This document shows, piece by piece, positions 17,159 through 26,534 of a stretch of 64,000 nt of DNA. Position numbers and translations under genes: made by a program. Within the stretch, counting starts at the first letter, position 1. Each line of letters begins with the position of its first letter. A model generated the notes under the pieces. That model worked only from the letters and a program-made list of their open reading frames with translations. It ran no database searches and was not told the DNA's origin. The stretch comes from Candidatus Binatia bacterium (lineage in GTDB: Bacteria > Desulfobacterota > Binatia > HRBIN30). The stretch covers positions 155,185 to 219,184 of the forward strand of contig JBBRSP010000007.1 of the NCBI GenBank assembly GCA_038245295.1, given 5' to 3'.

Positions 17159-19485
17159 GCGGCGGAACAAGTATCGTGACACCTCCCGACGCTTTCTCAC
17201 GGTATCTTGAGCTTCTCGAACGCAAAGCGCCCCGTCCCCTGTCGATCGATGACATGGTGCGGGCCTTGGCGATCGACGACTACGACCGTCGCACGTTGAA
17301 GAAAGCTCTCGAAGAGCAGGTTTCTCAAAAGCGCCTGCGGCGCATCGGCAAGACACGCTACCAATGGCTGCGCGATGTCGATCGGCCGACGCCAAAGACG
17401 ACGGGAAGCTCGTCGCTGCACCAGCCACGACGCACAAAGCAGCGTGGTAGCAGCCAGCGCATCGAAGGGCGTTTCATCCGCACTCGTTCGGGTTTCTCGT
17501 TCGTCGAGCCACTGACACGACGCGGAGAACAGTTCAGCCGCGACATTCTCATCCCCCTGGGCCTGGAGAAGGGCGCGTTGCATGGAGACCGCGTCGAGGT
17601 GGAGATCACGCGGCGTGACCCGCGGACACGCCGCTGGGTCGGACAAGTCGTCGCCGTCACCGTCGCGGTGCACAGCGAGATTGTCGGAACCTTGGCGAGC
17701 GATCGACGCGGCTGGGTGCTGTTGCCGGAGAATTCCCTCCTGCCACCCATTCGCCTACTTGGCAGTACTCGCCCCGAACCAGCCCAGGAGGGCTTAGTAG
17801 CTCGCGTTCGCCTCACACGCGCCGGATCTGAGCACCAGGAGCCGGGCGGCGAGCTTGATGCGGTACTGGGCGCGGTCGACGATCCGGAAGTTCAGTTCAT
17901 CATCATCACGACGGAGTACGGGCTGCGGGTGGACTTCCCTGATGAGGTCGTCGCCGAGGCGAAGCGATTCCCGGCCGACCCAGCCGAGCCGACAGACTAC
18001 GAACGGCGCGACGACCTGCGCCATCTCCACTTCGTAACCATCGACGGTGAGACGGCGCGCGACTTTGACGATGCCGTCTGCCTAGAATCTCTCCCCACTG
18101 GGGGCAGCCGACTATGGGTCGCGATCGCCGATGTCGCCCACTACATCAGCCCGGGATCGGCACTCGACCTCGAAGCTCTTCGCCGCGGCAACAGTGTCTA
18201 CTTTCCCGATCGTGCCATCCCGATGCTTCCTCACGAGCTGTCGGCCGGCTTGTGCTCACTGATGCCGCAGCGCGACCGGCTCGTGCAGTATGCCGAGATG
18301 GAGTACGACCCAAGTGGTCGACGCAGGTCGGCGCGGTTTGGACGCGGCGTAATTCGCAGCCGCGCTCGCCTGACGTACACCGAAGTGGCGGCGCATCTGG
18401 CCGCGGCGACCAGCGAATCATCCGCCGAGGAGATGTGGCGCGCGCAGCTCAATCCGATGGCGGCATTGATGCGACAACTCCTCACGCATCGCGTCGGCGA
18501 CGGCGCCCTCGATCTGGATTTGCCCGAGGCAGTCGTCGAGCTGTCACCTGAAGGCCGTTGCATTGGTATCGGCGTCGTCGACCGCAACGACGCACACCGG
18601 CTCATCGAGGAGTTCATGCTCGAAGCCAATCGCGCTGTCGCGACGCGGCTGCGCGACAAGGGTTATGCATTGCCTTACCGCGTACATGAGCCACCCGACC
18701 CTGACGACATCGATACGCTGAACGGGTTTCTCCACGCCTTTGGTTTTGCGGTTGAACACGAGCAGGTCGTGCGCCCGGCCGACGTGCAACGGTTACTGCG
18801 CCAACTGGCGCGCCATCCCTTGTCGCGCGTCTTGTCGCGCCACATCCTAAGAGCCCTGGCGAAAGCAAAGTACAGTACCAGCAATGCCGGCCACTTCGGC
18901 CTCGCCTTTCCGATCTATTGTCACTTCACGTCACCGATCCGCCGCTATCCGGATCTACTGGTGCATCGTCAGCTCACCCGTCTACTCCATGGTGAAGCAG
19001 CCGAGGAAGAAGAAACGGCGGTCATCGAAGCGGCATGTGTGCAGAGCTCACAGTGTGAGCGCCAGGCCATGGAAGCCGAGCGCGCCATGACCGATCTGAA
19101 GAAGTGCGAGTTCATGCAGGGGCATCTGCAGGAGCCACACGAGGGAACAATCGTCTCCGTCACCAAGTTCGGTTTCTTCGTTGAGCTCGACGCCTATCCT
19201 GTCGAGGGATTGGTTCGCGTCGCCGATCTGCCCGACGCCTATACCTTCATCGAAGCCGAGCAGATGCTGAAGGGAAGCCGCAAACGCAATCGCTTTCGCG
19301 TTGGCGGTCGGGTCCGCGTCAAGCCAATTGAGGTCTCGCTGCGAACGCGGCAGATCACCCTAGGCTTGATCGAGGACGAGAACGCGGCCGAGGTGCCGAT
19401 CCGTCCGGAACATCGACGCGGCAAGCCGCCAAAACGAGTCGGCAAGCTGCGACGCGGCAAGAACAAGAAGGAGAAGCAGCGATGA
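17143..19485 (+). CDS. rnr: Ribonuclease R (RNase II/VacB family 3'-5' exoribonuclease)
   Basis: RNB catalytic motif HFGLAFPIYCHFTSPIRRYPDLLVHRQL, a C-terminal S1 domain and a basic Lys/Arg tail. The start has a +/-1 nt uncertainty. Confidence 0.85.
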   Translation: MRIRLGGGTSIVTPPDAFSRYLELLERKAPRPLSIDDMVRALAIDDYDRRTLKKALEEQVSQKRLRRIGKTRYQWLRDVDRPTPKTTGSSSLHQPRRTKQRGSSQRIEGRFIRTRSGFSFVEPLTRRGEQFSRDILIPLGLEKGALHGDRVEVEITRRDPRTRRWVGQVVAVTVAVHSEIVGTLASDRRGWVLLPENSLLPPIRLLGSTRPEPAQEGLVARVRLTRAGSEHQEPGGELDAVLGAVDDPEVQFIIITTEYGLRVDFPDEVVAEAKRFPADPAEPTDYERRDDLRHLHFVTIDGETARDFDDAVCLESLPTGGSRLWVAIADVAHYISPGSALDLEALRRGNSVYFPDRAIPMLPHELSAGLCSLMPQRDRLVQYAEMEYDPSGRRRSARFGRGVIRSRARLTYTEVAAHLAAATSESSAEEMWRAQLNPMAALMRQLLTHRVGDGALDLDLPEAVVELSPEGRCIGIGVVDRNDAHRLIEEFMLEANRAVATRLRDKGYALPYRVHEPPDPDDIDTLNGFLHAFGFAVEHEQVVRPADVQRLLRQLARHPLSRVLSRHILRALAKAKYSTSNAGHFGLAFPIYCHFTSPIRRYPDLLVHRQLTRLLHGEAAEEEETAVIEAACVQSSQCERQAMEAERAMTDLKKCEFMQGHLQEPHEGTIVSVTKFGFFVELDAYPVEGLVRVADLPDAYTFIEAEQMLKGSRKRNRFRVGGRVRVKPIEVSLRTRQITLGLIEDENAAEVPIRPEHRRGKPPKRVGKLRRGKNKKEKQR

Positions 19486-19859
19486 AACACAGCCCTGGGT
19501 TCTTGCAGATCGTCAATGCGGCCCGCTCTCGCGTGCGCGAATGCACCGTGTCCGATGTCAAAGCCATGCTCGATGCCGGCGAAACGTTCGAGCTGATCGA
19601 CGTCCGTGAAGAGAGCGAATGGAACAACGGCCACCTGCCGCGGGCGCGTCATCTGTGCAAAGGCATCATCGAACGCGACATCGAGACCGCCATTGCCGAT
19701 CACGGCGCCAAGATCGTGCTCTACTGCGGCGGGGGCTTCCGCTCGGCGCTTGCCGCCGACAATCTGCAGCAGATGGGGTACACGAATGTGATTTCGATGG
19801 ATGGGGGCTGGCGTGGATGGACGGAAGCGGGAATGCCGGTTGAGCGGCAGGGTGGCTAG
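19482..19859 (+). CDS. Rhodanese-domain sulfurtransferase
   Basis: Active-site loop CGGGFRS. A 4-nt overlap with rnr. Confidence 0.8.
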   Translation: MKHSPGFLQIVNAARSRVRECTVSDVKAMLDAGETFELIDVREESEWNNGHLPRARHLCKGIIERDIETAIADHGAKIVLYCGGGFRSALAADNLQQMGYTNVISMDGGWRGWTEAGMPVERQGG

Positions 19860-19878
19860 CACTGTCGTGCTGCGCTGC

Positions 19879-19898
19879 CCGCAGGCTTCAGCCTGCGG
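19879..19898. terminator. GC-rich hairpin (CCGCAGGC-TTCA-GCCTGCGG) between the convergent rhodanese and glutaredoxin genes. Candidate bidirectional terminator and member of a dispersed hairpin family.
   Basis: Exact 8-bp inverted repeat. The same sequence in opposite orientation occurs at 38099..38116. Confidence 0.35.
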
Positions 19899-19915
19899 CG
19901 TGGCCTGATTGAACG

Positions 19916-20170
19916 TCAGGCCTCCAGCAGCTTATCCAACTCGCCCGCCTGTTCGAGAGCGTTGAGCTCGTCGAAACCACCAATTGGCTTTTCATTGATG
20001 AAGATTTGCGGCACCGTGCGACGGCCCGAATCGTTCACCATCTTCTCGCGTAGCGCGTCATCATCCGTGACATCAATCTCATCGTAGGCGACGCGCTTGT
20101 GTTGCAGCAGCCGCTTGGCGCGCACGCAGTAAGGACAGACCTGAGTCGTATACATCACAACCTTCGCCAT
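19916..20170 (-). CDS. grxC: Glutaredoxin (Grx3-like)
   Basis: Begins MAKVVMYTTQVCPYCVRAKRLL, giving a CPYC active site. 84 aa. Confidence 0.8.
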   Translation of the reverse strand: MAKVVMYTTQVCPYCVRAKRLLQHKRVAYDEIDVTDDDALREKMVNDSGRRTVPQIFINEKPIGGFDELNALEQAGELDKLLEA

Positions 20171-20337
20171 GGGTTTCAGTGCTCCGTCCGCGGAACATAC
20201 GGACGGTCCGAGGCTCAGGCAAGGGAGAAGCTGCAAGTCTAGGGTCTATAGTTGCTAGTTGACGGTGGCGCTCTCGACCCTGAACTGTCGACTCTAAACT
20301 CGCCTCCGGCCCACCGACCCACTACCTGCCGCTCGCA

Positions 20338-21141
20338 TTGTCTGCCATACGAGCGACCATGACTCCCGGCGAAGCGTTCACACAATTGGTCGACATCATG
20401 GCGCGGCTGCGGGCTCCGGGCGGTTGCCCGTGGGATCGCGAACAGGACCACGCCTCCATCAAGCCCTACCTGATCGAAGAGGCATACGAAGTAGCCGAGG
20501 CGATCGAAGACAACGACATGCGCGAGTTGTGCGTCGAGCTCGGCGACCTGCTCCTACAGATCGTCTTCCACGCGCAAATGGCACAAGAGGCCGGCAACTT
20601 CGCCGTCGTCGATGTCTGCCGCGCCATCTCCGAGAAGATGATTCGGCGTCATCCACATGTTTTTGGCGACGTTGAGGTCAAGGATTCCGACGAGGTGTTG
20701 CGCAACTGGGCCAGGATCAAGACAGAGGAGCGCAAAGACAAGGCCGACAACTCGGTCCTGACCGGTGTGCCGCGCGCCCTTCCCGGTCTCCTACGTGCCC
20801 ACCGCCTTGGCGAGAAGGCGGCACACGTTGGCTTCGATTGGACGGCGACGCGCGATGTACTGGCCAAGGTTCACGAGGAGATCGCCGAGTTGGAAGAAGC
20901 AATCGCCGCGCAGGACACCGCCGCGAGCGAAGCCGAGCTTGGCGATGTCCTATTCGCTCTTTCGTCGCTCGGACGTCATCTCAACACCCACAGCGAAGAC
21001 GCCCTGCATCGCGCCAGTGATCGTTTCATCCACCGGTTTCACTTCATCGAAGAGCAGCTCGCAACCAAAGGCGAAGACATCCACAGCACGACACCGCAGC
21101 GCATGAACGAGCTGTGGGAAGAAGCGAAGCGGCGGCCTTAG
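20338..21141 (+). CDS. mazG: Nucleoside triphosphate pyrophosphohydrolase MazG
   Basis: Two MazG EExxE-type domains (EEAYEVAEAIE and EEIAELEEAIA). Confidence 0.85.
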   Translation: MSAIRATMTPGEAFTQLVDIMARLRAPGGCPWDREQDHASIKPYLIEEAYEVAEAIEDNDMRELCVELGDLLLQIVFHAQMAQEAGNFAVVDVCRAISEKMIRRHPHVFGDVEVKDSDEVLRNWARIKTEERKDKADNSVLTGVPRALPGLLRAHRLGEKAAHVGFDWTATRDVLAKVHEEIAELEEAIAAQDTAASEAELGDVLFALSSLGRHLNTHSEDALHRASDRFIHRFHFIEEQLATKGEDIHSTTPQRMNELWEEAKRRP

Positions 21142-21206
21142 GATCCGCACCGCCAATCGGGCTTCCGTGGAAATGGGCGGGGGTCCGAAACGCAGCAGGA
21201 GGACGT

Positions 21207-22085
21207 ATGGGACGACCGACACGAGTTCTTGCCGAAGGGATCTATTTCGGGGAAGGACCGCGCTGGCACGATGGGCGATTGTGGTTCAGCGACTTCTTCG
21301 CTTACGCCGTAAAGTCGGCGTCGCTGGCCGGCGATGTACGCACCGAAATCGAACTCGACGACCGGCCCTCGGGTCTCGGGTGGATGCCGGATGGCTCGCT
21401 GCTCGTCGTCTCGATGACAAAGCGCCAGCTTCTGCGCCGCACTGGGGCGGGGGCGCTTGTCATTCATGCCGATCTGTCCGACATCGCGACCTTCCACTGC
21501 AATGATATGGTCGTCGATTCGGTTGGTCGCGCCTACGTCGGCAACTTCGGATTCGATCTCGACACCGCATTGGCCGAGCGAGGTGTTGCATCCGTCCTCG
21601 CGGATCACATCGCCGCAAAGGTCGCTCTTGTATTGCCGGACGGCAAAGCGAGTGTCGCGGCCATCGACATGCACTTCCCCAACGGCACGGTGATCACGCC
21701 AGACGGCAAGACTCTCATCATCGGCGAAACTCTCAGCGCTCAGCTGACGGCGTTCGACATCCAGGCGGACGGCAGCCTGGCGAATCGTCGCGTGTGGGCT
21801 TCGACCGGCAGCCGCGTCCCCGACGGTATCGCCCTCGACAGCAACGGCCATATCTGGGTCGCCAACCCAATCGCCCCAGAGTGTGTTCTGTTTGCCGAAG
21901 GTGGCGACGTGGTCGAGGTCGTCGATACAGAGCAGCCTTGTTACGCCTGCATGCTGGGCGGCAACGACGGACGCACCCTGTTCATGTTGACGGCGCCGAC
22001 CTCGATCGCCCATGAGGCCGCCGTGGCGCCCAAAGGAAAGGTGCTGATCGCCACCGTCGAGGCACCGCACGCCGGTCTGCCGTAA
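21207..22085 (+). CDS. SMP-30/gluconolactonase/LRE family protein
   Basis: Six-bladed beta-propeller motifs (EGPRWHDGRLWFSD and DSNGHIWVAN). An AGGAGGA Shine-Dalgarno precedes the ATG at 21207. Confidence 0.75.
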   Translation: MGRPTRVLAEGIYFGEGPRWHDGRLWFSDFFAYAVKSASLAGDVRTEIELDDRPSGLGWMPDGSLLVVSMTKRQLLRRTGAGALVIHADLSDIATFHCNDMVVDSVGRAYVGNFGFDLDTALAERGVASVLADHIAAKVALVLPDGKASVAAIDMHFPNGTVITPDGKTLIIGETLSAQLTAFDIQADGSLANRRVWASTGSRVPDGIALDSNGHIWVANPIAPECVLFAEGGDVVEVVDTEQPCYACMLGGNDGRTLFMLTAPTSIAHEAAVAPKGKVLIATVEAPHAGLP

Positions 22086-22195
22086 AACCGTCTCAAGCCG
22101 ACCCGCATAACACGTGACACCAACCTCTCGCGTCGAAGGCAGGACCATTTGGACATAGCCTTCAGGACCTACCACTGCCGCCGTCGCTCGTTGCG

Positions 22196-23851
22196 TTATG
22201 CGACGTCCGGACCCGAGGGGTTGCGGCGGCGGCGAATCTGGCGAATCACGGCGCCGATCTCCTCGCTTCCGAGTGCTCCCTGCACCACCGCATAGGTGGC
22301 GATCCCGGCGGCAACCGCGGCGAAGAGATCTGTTGCCCTGGCGACCAGACCCGGACTCGCTGCCCAGTCGATACAGCCGCTGATGTAGACTACCGGCACA
22401 ACCATCGCGGCCGCTGCAACGGCCGAGCGCCCAAGGGACGGCAGGATCTCACGCAACTCCAGGGTGCCGAGTTTGCCCCGCAGTAACCAGGTCAGCAGGA
22501 TCAGATTCACCGTCGCCGCCAGCGATGTCGACAGCGCCAATCCGGAGTGGCGCAGATCGAAGACCGCCAAATGCTGCGACACCGAAGCAATCATGCCGGC
22601 GACCGGTGAATCGTTGGTGGCAAGAACAGGGCCCATCAAAACGAGACTGAAGATGACATTAGCGACGAAAGCGGCGGCGGCGGTTACCACCGGCGTTCGC
22701 GTGTTCTGCAACGCGTAGAAGGCGGGAATCACCAGACGTACCATCGCGACCGGCCACAATCCTACGGAGAACGCCCCCAGAGCCTGGCCTGTCAGGAGCA
22801 CCTGTGGGTAGCCGAAGGCGCCGCGTTGGAAGAGCACCGAGGTAATCGGCACGGCCAACAGGTAGATGCCTACAGCGGCAGGCATGACGATGAAGTTGGT
22901 GAGACGCATCGCAAAGAGCAGGCTCTGACGCATCTCGTCGAGTGCACCACGCGCCGCTTGCGCCGCGAAGCTCGGCAGGGCTGCGGTTCCCAGGGCAATC
23001 GCAAATACGCCCAGGGGAAACTCGAAGACGCGGTCGGCATACCAGAGATACGACACGCTACCGGTCGGCAACATCGAGGCAAGGATCGTGTCGACCATGA
23101 GGTTGATCTGATAGACGGCGGCGCCGAACACCATCGGCCCCATCAAGCGCATGGTGCGGCGGACCGCGGCGTGTTGAGGATTCCAGATCGGTCGCAGGCG
23201 GACACCGAGTCGGAACATGGCGGGGACCTGCAACAAAAGTTGCGCCACGCCGCCAATCAGAACGCCGGCCGCCAATCCATAGACGGGAGTGCTCAAGCGC
23301 GGCGCGATCAGCAGAATCGAGGCGATCATCGCCAAGTTGAGGAATACCGGCGACAAGGCCGGCGCCGTGAAGTGCCGCAGCGAGTTCAGAATACCGCTAC
23401 ACAGGGCCACCATGCTGACGAGGAAAATGTACGGGAAGCACCAGCGGGTCAGCGAAACAGTGAGCTCATACTTGCCTGCTTCACCGACAAAACCTGGCGC
23501 AAACCAGCTCGTCAGCTGCGGCGAGAAGAGGGTTCCAAGAGCGGTCACGACCGCCAATACCGCGGCCATGAATGTCGCAAGCACAGAGGCCGCCTCGAGG
23601 GCCTCCTCACGCGTGCGGGTGGTCCAATAGTCGGTGAAGACCGGAATGAAGGCCGTGCTCATCGCGCCTTCCGCAACGAAACGTCGCAAGAGATTGGGAA
23701 TACGAAAGGCGACGAAGAAGGCATCGGCGGCAACGCCGGTCCCGAAGTAGTACCCCATCACCGAATCGCGAACCAAGCCGGCGACACGACTCACGAGAGT
23801 AAAGAAGCCAACTGTACCCGCCGCCTTGGCGATCGCGCGGTTCTCACTCAT
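22196..23851 (-). CDS. murJ: Lipid II flippase MurJ (MviN)
   Basis: 552 aa, beginning MSENRAIAKAAGTVGFFTLVSRVAGLVRD, with the FGTGVAADAFFVAFRIPN MurJ signature. Start confirmed as 'cat' at 23849-23851. Confidence 0.85.
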   Translation of the reverse strand: MSENRAIAKAAGTVGFFTLVSRVAGLVRDSVMGYYFGTGVAADAFFVAFRIPNLLRRFVAEGAMSTAFIPVFTDYWTTRTREEALEAASVLATFMAAVLAVVTALGTLFSPQLTSWFAPGFVGEAGKYELTVSLTRWCFPYIFLVSMVALCSGILNSLRHFTAPALSPVFLNLAMIASILLIAPRLSTPVYGLAAGVLIGGVAQLLLQVPAMFRLGVRLRPIWNPQHAAVRRTMRLMGPMVFGAAVYQINLMVDTILASMLPTGSVSYLWYADRVFEFPLGVFAIALGTAALPSFAAQAARGALDEMRQSLLFAMRLTNFIVMPAAVGIYLLAVPITSVLFQRGAFGYPQVLLTGQALGAFSVGLWPVAMVRLVIPAFYALQNTRTPVVTAAAAFVANVIFSLVLMGPVLATNDSPVAGMIASVSQHLAVFDLRHSGLALSTSLAATVNLILLTWLLRGKLGTLELREILPSLGRSAVAAAAMVVPVVYISGCIDWAASPGLVARATDLFAAVAAGIATYAVVQGALGSEEIGAVIRQIRRRRNPSGPDVA

Positions 23852-24070
23852 GGCACTTGGCCATTTTGCCATTTGGCCAAGTGGCCAGGTGGTGGTCTTC
23901 GCGCGCGGCGGGCATTCTGGGTCGGAGCGATTAGCCGTTCGTGAGGCGGAAGACACGGGCCTGCCGAAAACACTCGGTAAGCGCTCTAGGCAAAGGCGTG
24001 CCGCGTTACGGGAACCCCAATCGCCAAATGGCAAATGGCCAAAGGGCCAGGTGGCCAAAGGGCCAAATGG
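23852..24070. repeat. Composite element of two inverted octamer-repeat arrays (23852..23893 GCCATTTG-type; 24021..24070 CAAATGGC-type) flanking a core of about 125 bp. It fills the entire gap between the response-regulator stop and the murJ start.
   Basis: Left array: tggcacttggccattttgccatttggccaagtggccaggtgg. Right array: cgccaaatggcaaatggccaaagggccaggtggccaaagggccaaatggtcag. The arrays are mutually inverted. Confidence 0.55.
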
Positions 24071-24490
24071 TCAGAGTTTCGCTTCGAGCTCGGCGCGCTG
24101 CTCCGCCGACAGCTCGCCGATGAGAAAGTCGACAATGTTCATGAGTTGGGCGGCGCGGAAGGGTTTGGTCAAGTAGTAGTCGGCACCGGCGGCGTACGCG
24201 GCAACCAGATCTTCGTCCGAGTCCAACGCCGTCAGCATGATGACGGGCAAGGTTGGGAACCCGCCTTCGCGTAGCTTCTCAATCGTTTCGATGCCGCTCA
24301 TCTCGGGCATCATGAGGTCGAGGACCAGAAGGTCGACGCGTTCCGCTTTGCAGTACTCCAGGGTTTGGCGGCCGCCGTCGGCCTCCAACACCTTGTGTCC
24401 GCGCTGGGCGATGATCGCCGCCGTCACAGCCCGCAGGTCGGCGGTGTCGTCGGTAACCACCACAGTCTTTCCAGTCGGCGCAGCAGCCAT
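24071..24490 (-). CDS. Single-domain response regulator (CheY-like receiver)
   Basis: 139 aa with the phospho-acceptor Asp in VLDLMMP and a conserved Lys (YLTKP). No output domain. Confidence 0.8.
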   Translation of the reverse strand: MAAAPTGKTVVVTDDTADLRAVTAAIIAQRGHKVLEADGGRQTLEYCKAERVDLLVLDLMMPEMSGIETIEKLREGGFPTLPVIMLTALDSDEDLVAAYAAGADYYLTKPFRAAQLMNIVDFLIGELSAEQRAELEAKL

Positions 24491-24560
24491 CAGTTCCTCC
24501 CGTGCGTATGCTGAACGATTTCACCGCCACGGTCTACTGAAAATACACGGCGTGAAAAAA

Positions 24561-25460
24561 CTACGCGTTGATCGCACGACCGAGCTCTTCGATCGCGTGC
24601 TCACGTGCCGCATCGATCGCTGCTTCCCAGGTCGCTCGCGAGTCGGTGGCCGCTGCCTTCGGGAATAGGAGTCCGCGCGACGAGTTGACAATGCCACCTT
24701 CGGCGCCACGCGGTCCGGGGACGAAACCGGCAACCGCGTCGGTCGCACCGCCACCTTGGGCGCCGTAGCCGGGGACCAGGAACAGCGCGTCCGGCAACAG
24801 AGCTCGGATGCGTCGACTTTGCTCGGGATGAGTGGCGCCCACGACCACACCGAGGCTCGACCAACCCGTCTGACCACGCAAATCCGTCGCGAATGAAGTG
24901 AGGGAGTCGGCGATTCGTTCGTAGAGCGGTCGCCCATCAATGAGTTGATCTTGATAGTCATGAGAGCCTGGGTTGCTCGTCTTGACCAGGATGAAGACAC
25001 CACGCCCGTGATCACGGCAGCAGTCGAGGAACGGCGCAAGCGTATCACGGCCGAGGAAGGGATTGACGGTGAGAGCATCGACGCCAAGTGCCGAATCCGG
25101 ATCAAGGTACGTGGCATAGGCCGCCGCCGTCGAGTCGATATCACCGCGCTTCGCGTCCAGGAGAACCAACAGGCCCATCTGGCGGGCGCGCGCCACGATT
25201 CGATCGAGTAACGCGATGCCACGCCAACCCAACTGCTCGAAGAAGGCGCTTTGCGGTTTCACGACTGCGACCTTGCCGACGTAACGTTCGAGAACGGCCA
25301 GGAGAAACGTCTCGGCCGCATGCATTGTTTTGGGATCACGGCGCTCCATGGATCCGGAACGGAACAATGGGGGGATGAGCGACAGATGCGGGTCGAGCCC
25401 AAGACAAAGCGGATGACCCAGCTCCCGTGTGCGCGTGATCAGTCGATCGGCGAAGTGCAC
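24561..25460 (-). CDS. pyrF: Orotidine-5'-phosphate decarboxylase (type 2, long form)
   Basis: 299 aa with LCLGLDPH and VKPQSAFFE motifs and a DAKRGDI active-site region. Confidence 0.8.
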   Translation of the reverse strand: MHFADRLITRTRELGHPLCLGLDPHLSLIPPLFRSGSMERRDPKTMHAAETFLLAVLERYVGKVAVVKPQSAFFEQLGWRGIALLDRIVARARQMGLLVLLDAKRGDIDSTAAAYATYLDPDSALGVDALTVNPFLGRDTLAPFLDCCRDHGRGVFILVKTSNPGSHDYQDQLIDGRPLYERIADSLTSFATDLRGQTGWSSLGVVVGATHPEQSRRIRALLPDALFLVPGYGAQGGGATDAVAGFVPGPRGAEGGIVNSSRGLLFPKAAATDSRATWEAAIDAAREHAIEELGRAINA

Positions 25461-25559
25461 GGCTTATGAGACTAGCGCATCACTGCGATGGTGGCGACCC
25501 TGCTTTACCCCAAATGAGCGTGTTGCTCCCGATCGGCTTGCTACGATAAACAGGCGGCT

Positions 25560-26294
25560 GTGTTAGTAGCGCGCATCGGCTCGACCGTCTTCTGGGGCTC
25601 CATCCTTTTCACCTCGATGATCCTCTTCCCCGTGGCTTTTGTGATCTGGGTGGCGACGGCGATCTTTGATCGCCGCTTGCGGCTGCTGCATCAGTTCACC
25701 TGTTTCTGGGCCTCGCTCTACACGTGGTTCAACCCGGTCTGGCGCGTCGTCGTCGAGGGGCGCGAGAAGATCCGCAATAACACCACCTACGTCATGGTGG
25801 CCAATCACATGTCGCTCCTCGACATCCTAGTGTTGTTCCGCCTGTTCGCTCACTTCAAATGGGTGTCGAAGATCGAGAACTTCCGCATTCCGTTCGTCGG
25901 CTGGAACATGTCGCTCAACCGTTACATCAAGCTGCGCCGCGGCGACAAAGAAAGCATCGATCGGATGATGCGCGCCTGCGAGCAAACTCTGACCGAAGGC
26001 AACTCGATCATGATGTTTCCGGAAGGCACACGCTCGGAGGACGGCAGACTCAAAGACTTCAAACACGGGGCCTTCATCCTAGCCAAGACTCAGCGCATCC
26101 CCGTGCTGCCGATCGTCATCGAAGGCACTTCCAATGCCCTGCCGAAGCGCGGGTACGTGTTGCGCGGGCGTCACCAGATCACCGTGCGCATCCTCGAAGA
26201 AATTCCGGCCGAGTCGTTTCGCGACAAATCGGCCGAGACTCTCGCCAACGACGTGCGCGGCGTCATTCTCGACGCGCTCGGCCAACGCCCCTGA
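25560..26294 (+). CDS. plsC: 1-acyl-sn-glycerol-3-phosphate acyltransferase (lysophospholipid acyltransferase family)
   Basis: HxxxxD motif (VANHMSLLD) and FPEGTRS motif. Two N-terminal TM segments. Confidence 0.8.
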   Translation: MLVARIGSTVFWGSILFTSMILFPVAFVIWVATAIFDRRLRLLHQFTCFWASLYTWFNPVWRVVVEGREKIRNNTTYVMVANHMSLLDILVLFRLFAHFKWVSKIENFRIPFVGWNMSLNRYIKLRRGDKESIDRMMRACEQTLTEGNSIMMFPEGTRSEDGRLKDFKHGAFILAKTQRIPVLPIVIEGTSNALPKRGYVLRGRHQITVRILEEIPAESFRDKSAETLANDVRGVILDALGQRP

Positions 26295-26482
26295 AGGCCT
26301 ACGGCACCGTCAGGTGCGACGGTACACAGAATCGCTTGAGACTGTTCACGTTCACCTTGGCGACGCCGAACTGACCATTGACGAAGGCACGCCCGACGGA
26401 GACGGCCTCCCGAGGTAACGTGTAACAGAGCAAGGCCGCATCCGGGGTTACAGTCTTCGATCGAGTAACGACGAGAGCCGAT

Positions 26483-26503
26483 ATTGTCATACCAGTTGAC
26501 AAT
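26483..26503. promoter_or_regulatory. Candidate GntR-family operator: perfect 7-bp inverted repeat ATTGTCA-N7-TGACAAT about 35 bp upstream of the regulator ATG
   Basis: attgtcataccagttgacaat, read directly. It fits FadR/GntR-type T.GT..AC.A operator logic. Confidence 0.4.
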
Positions 26504-26534
26504 CGGACGATCGTGGCGCTACACGCGCCACCCC

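Noticed and set aside
23851-23875. TGGCAC at the murJ start as a sigma-54 -24 element. Similarly TGGCAT at about 54400 upstream of tolC.
   Set aside because: The GG-to-GC spacing to the nearest TTGC/GC is off by 1-4 nt. At 23851 the orientation also points away from murJ.
23852-24070. CRISPR array
   Set aside because: The repeat units are only 8 nt, imperfect, and have no unique spacers. No cas genes are present in the window.
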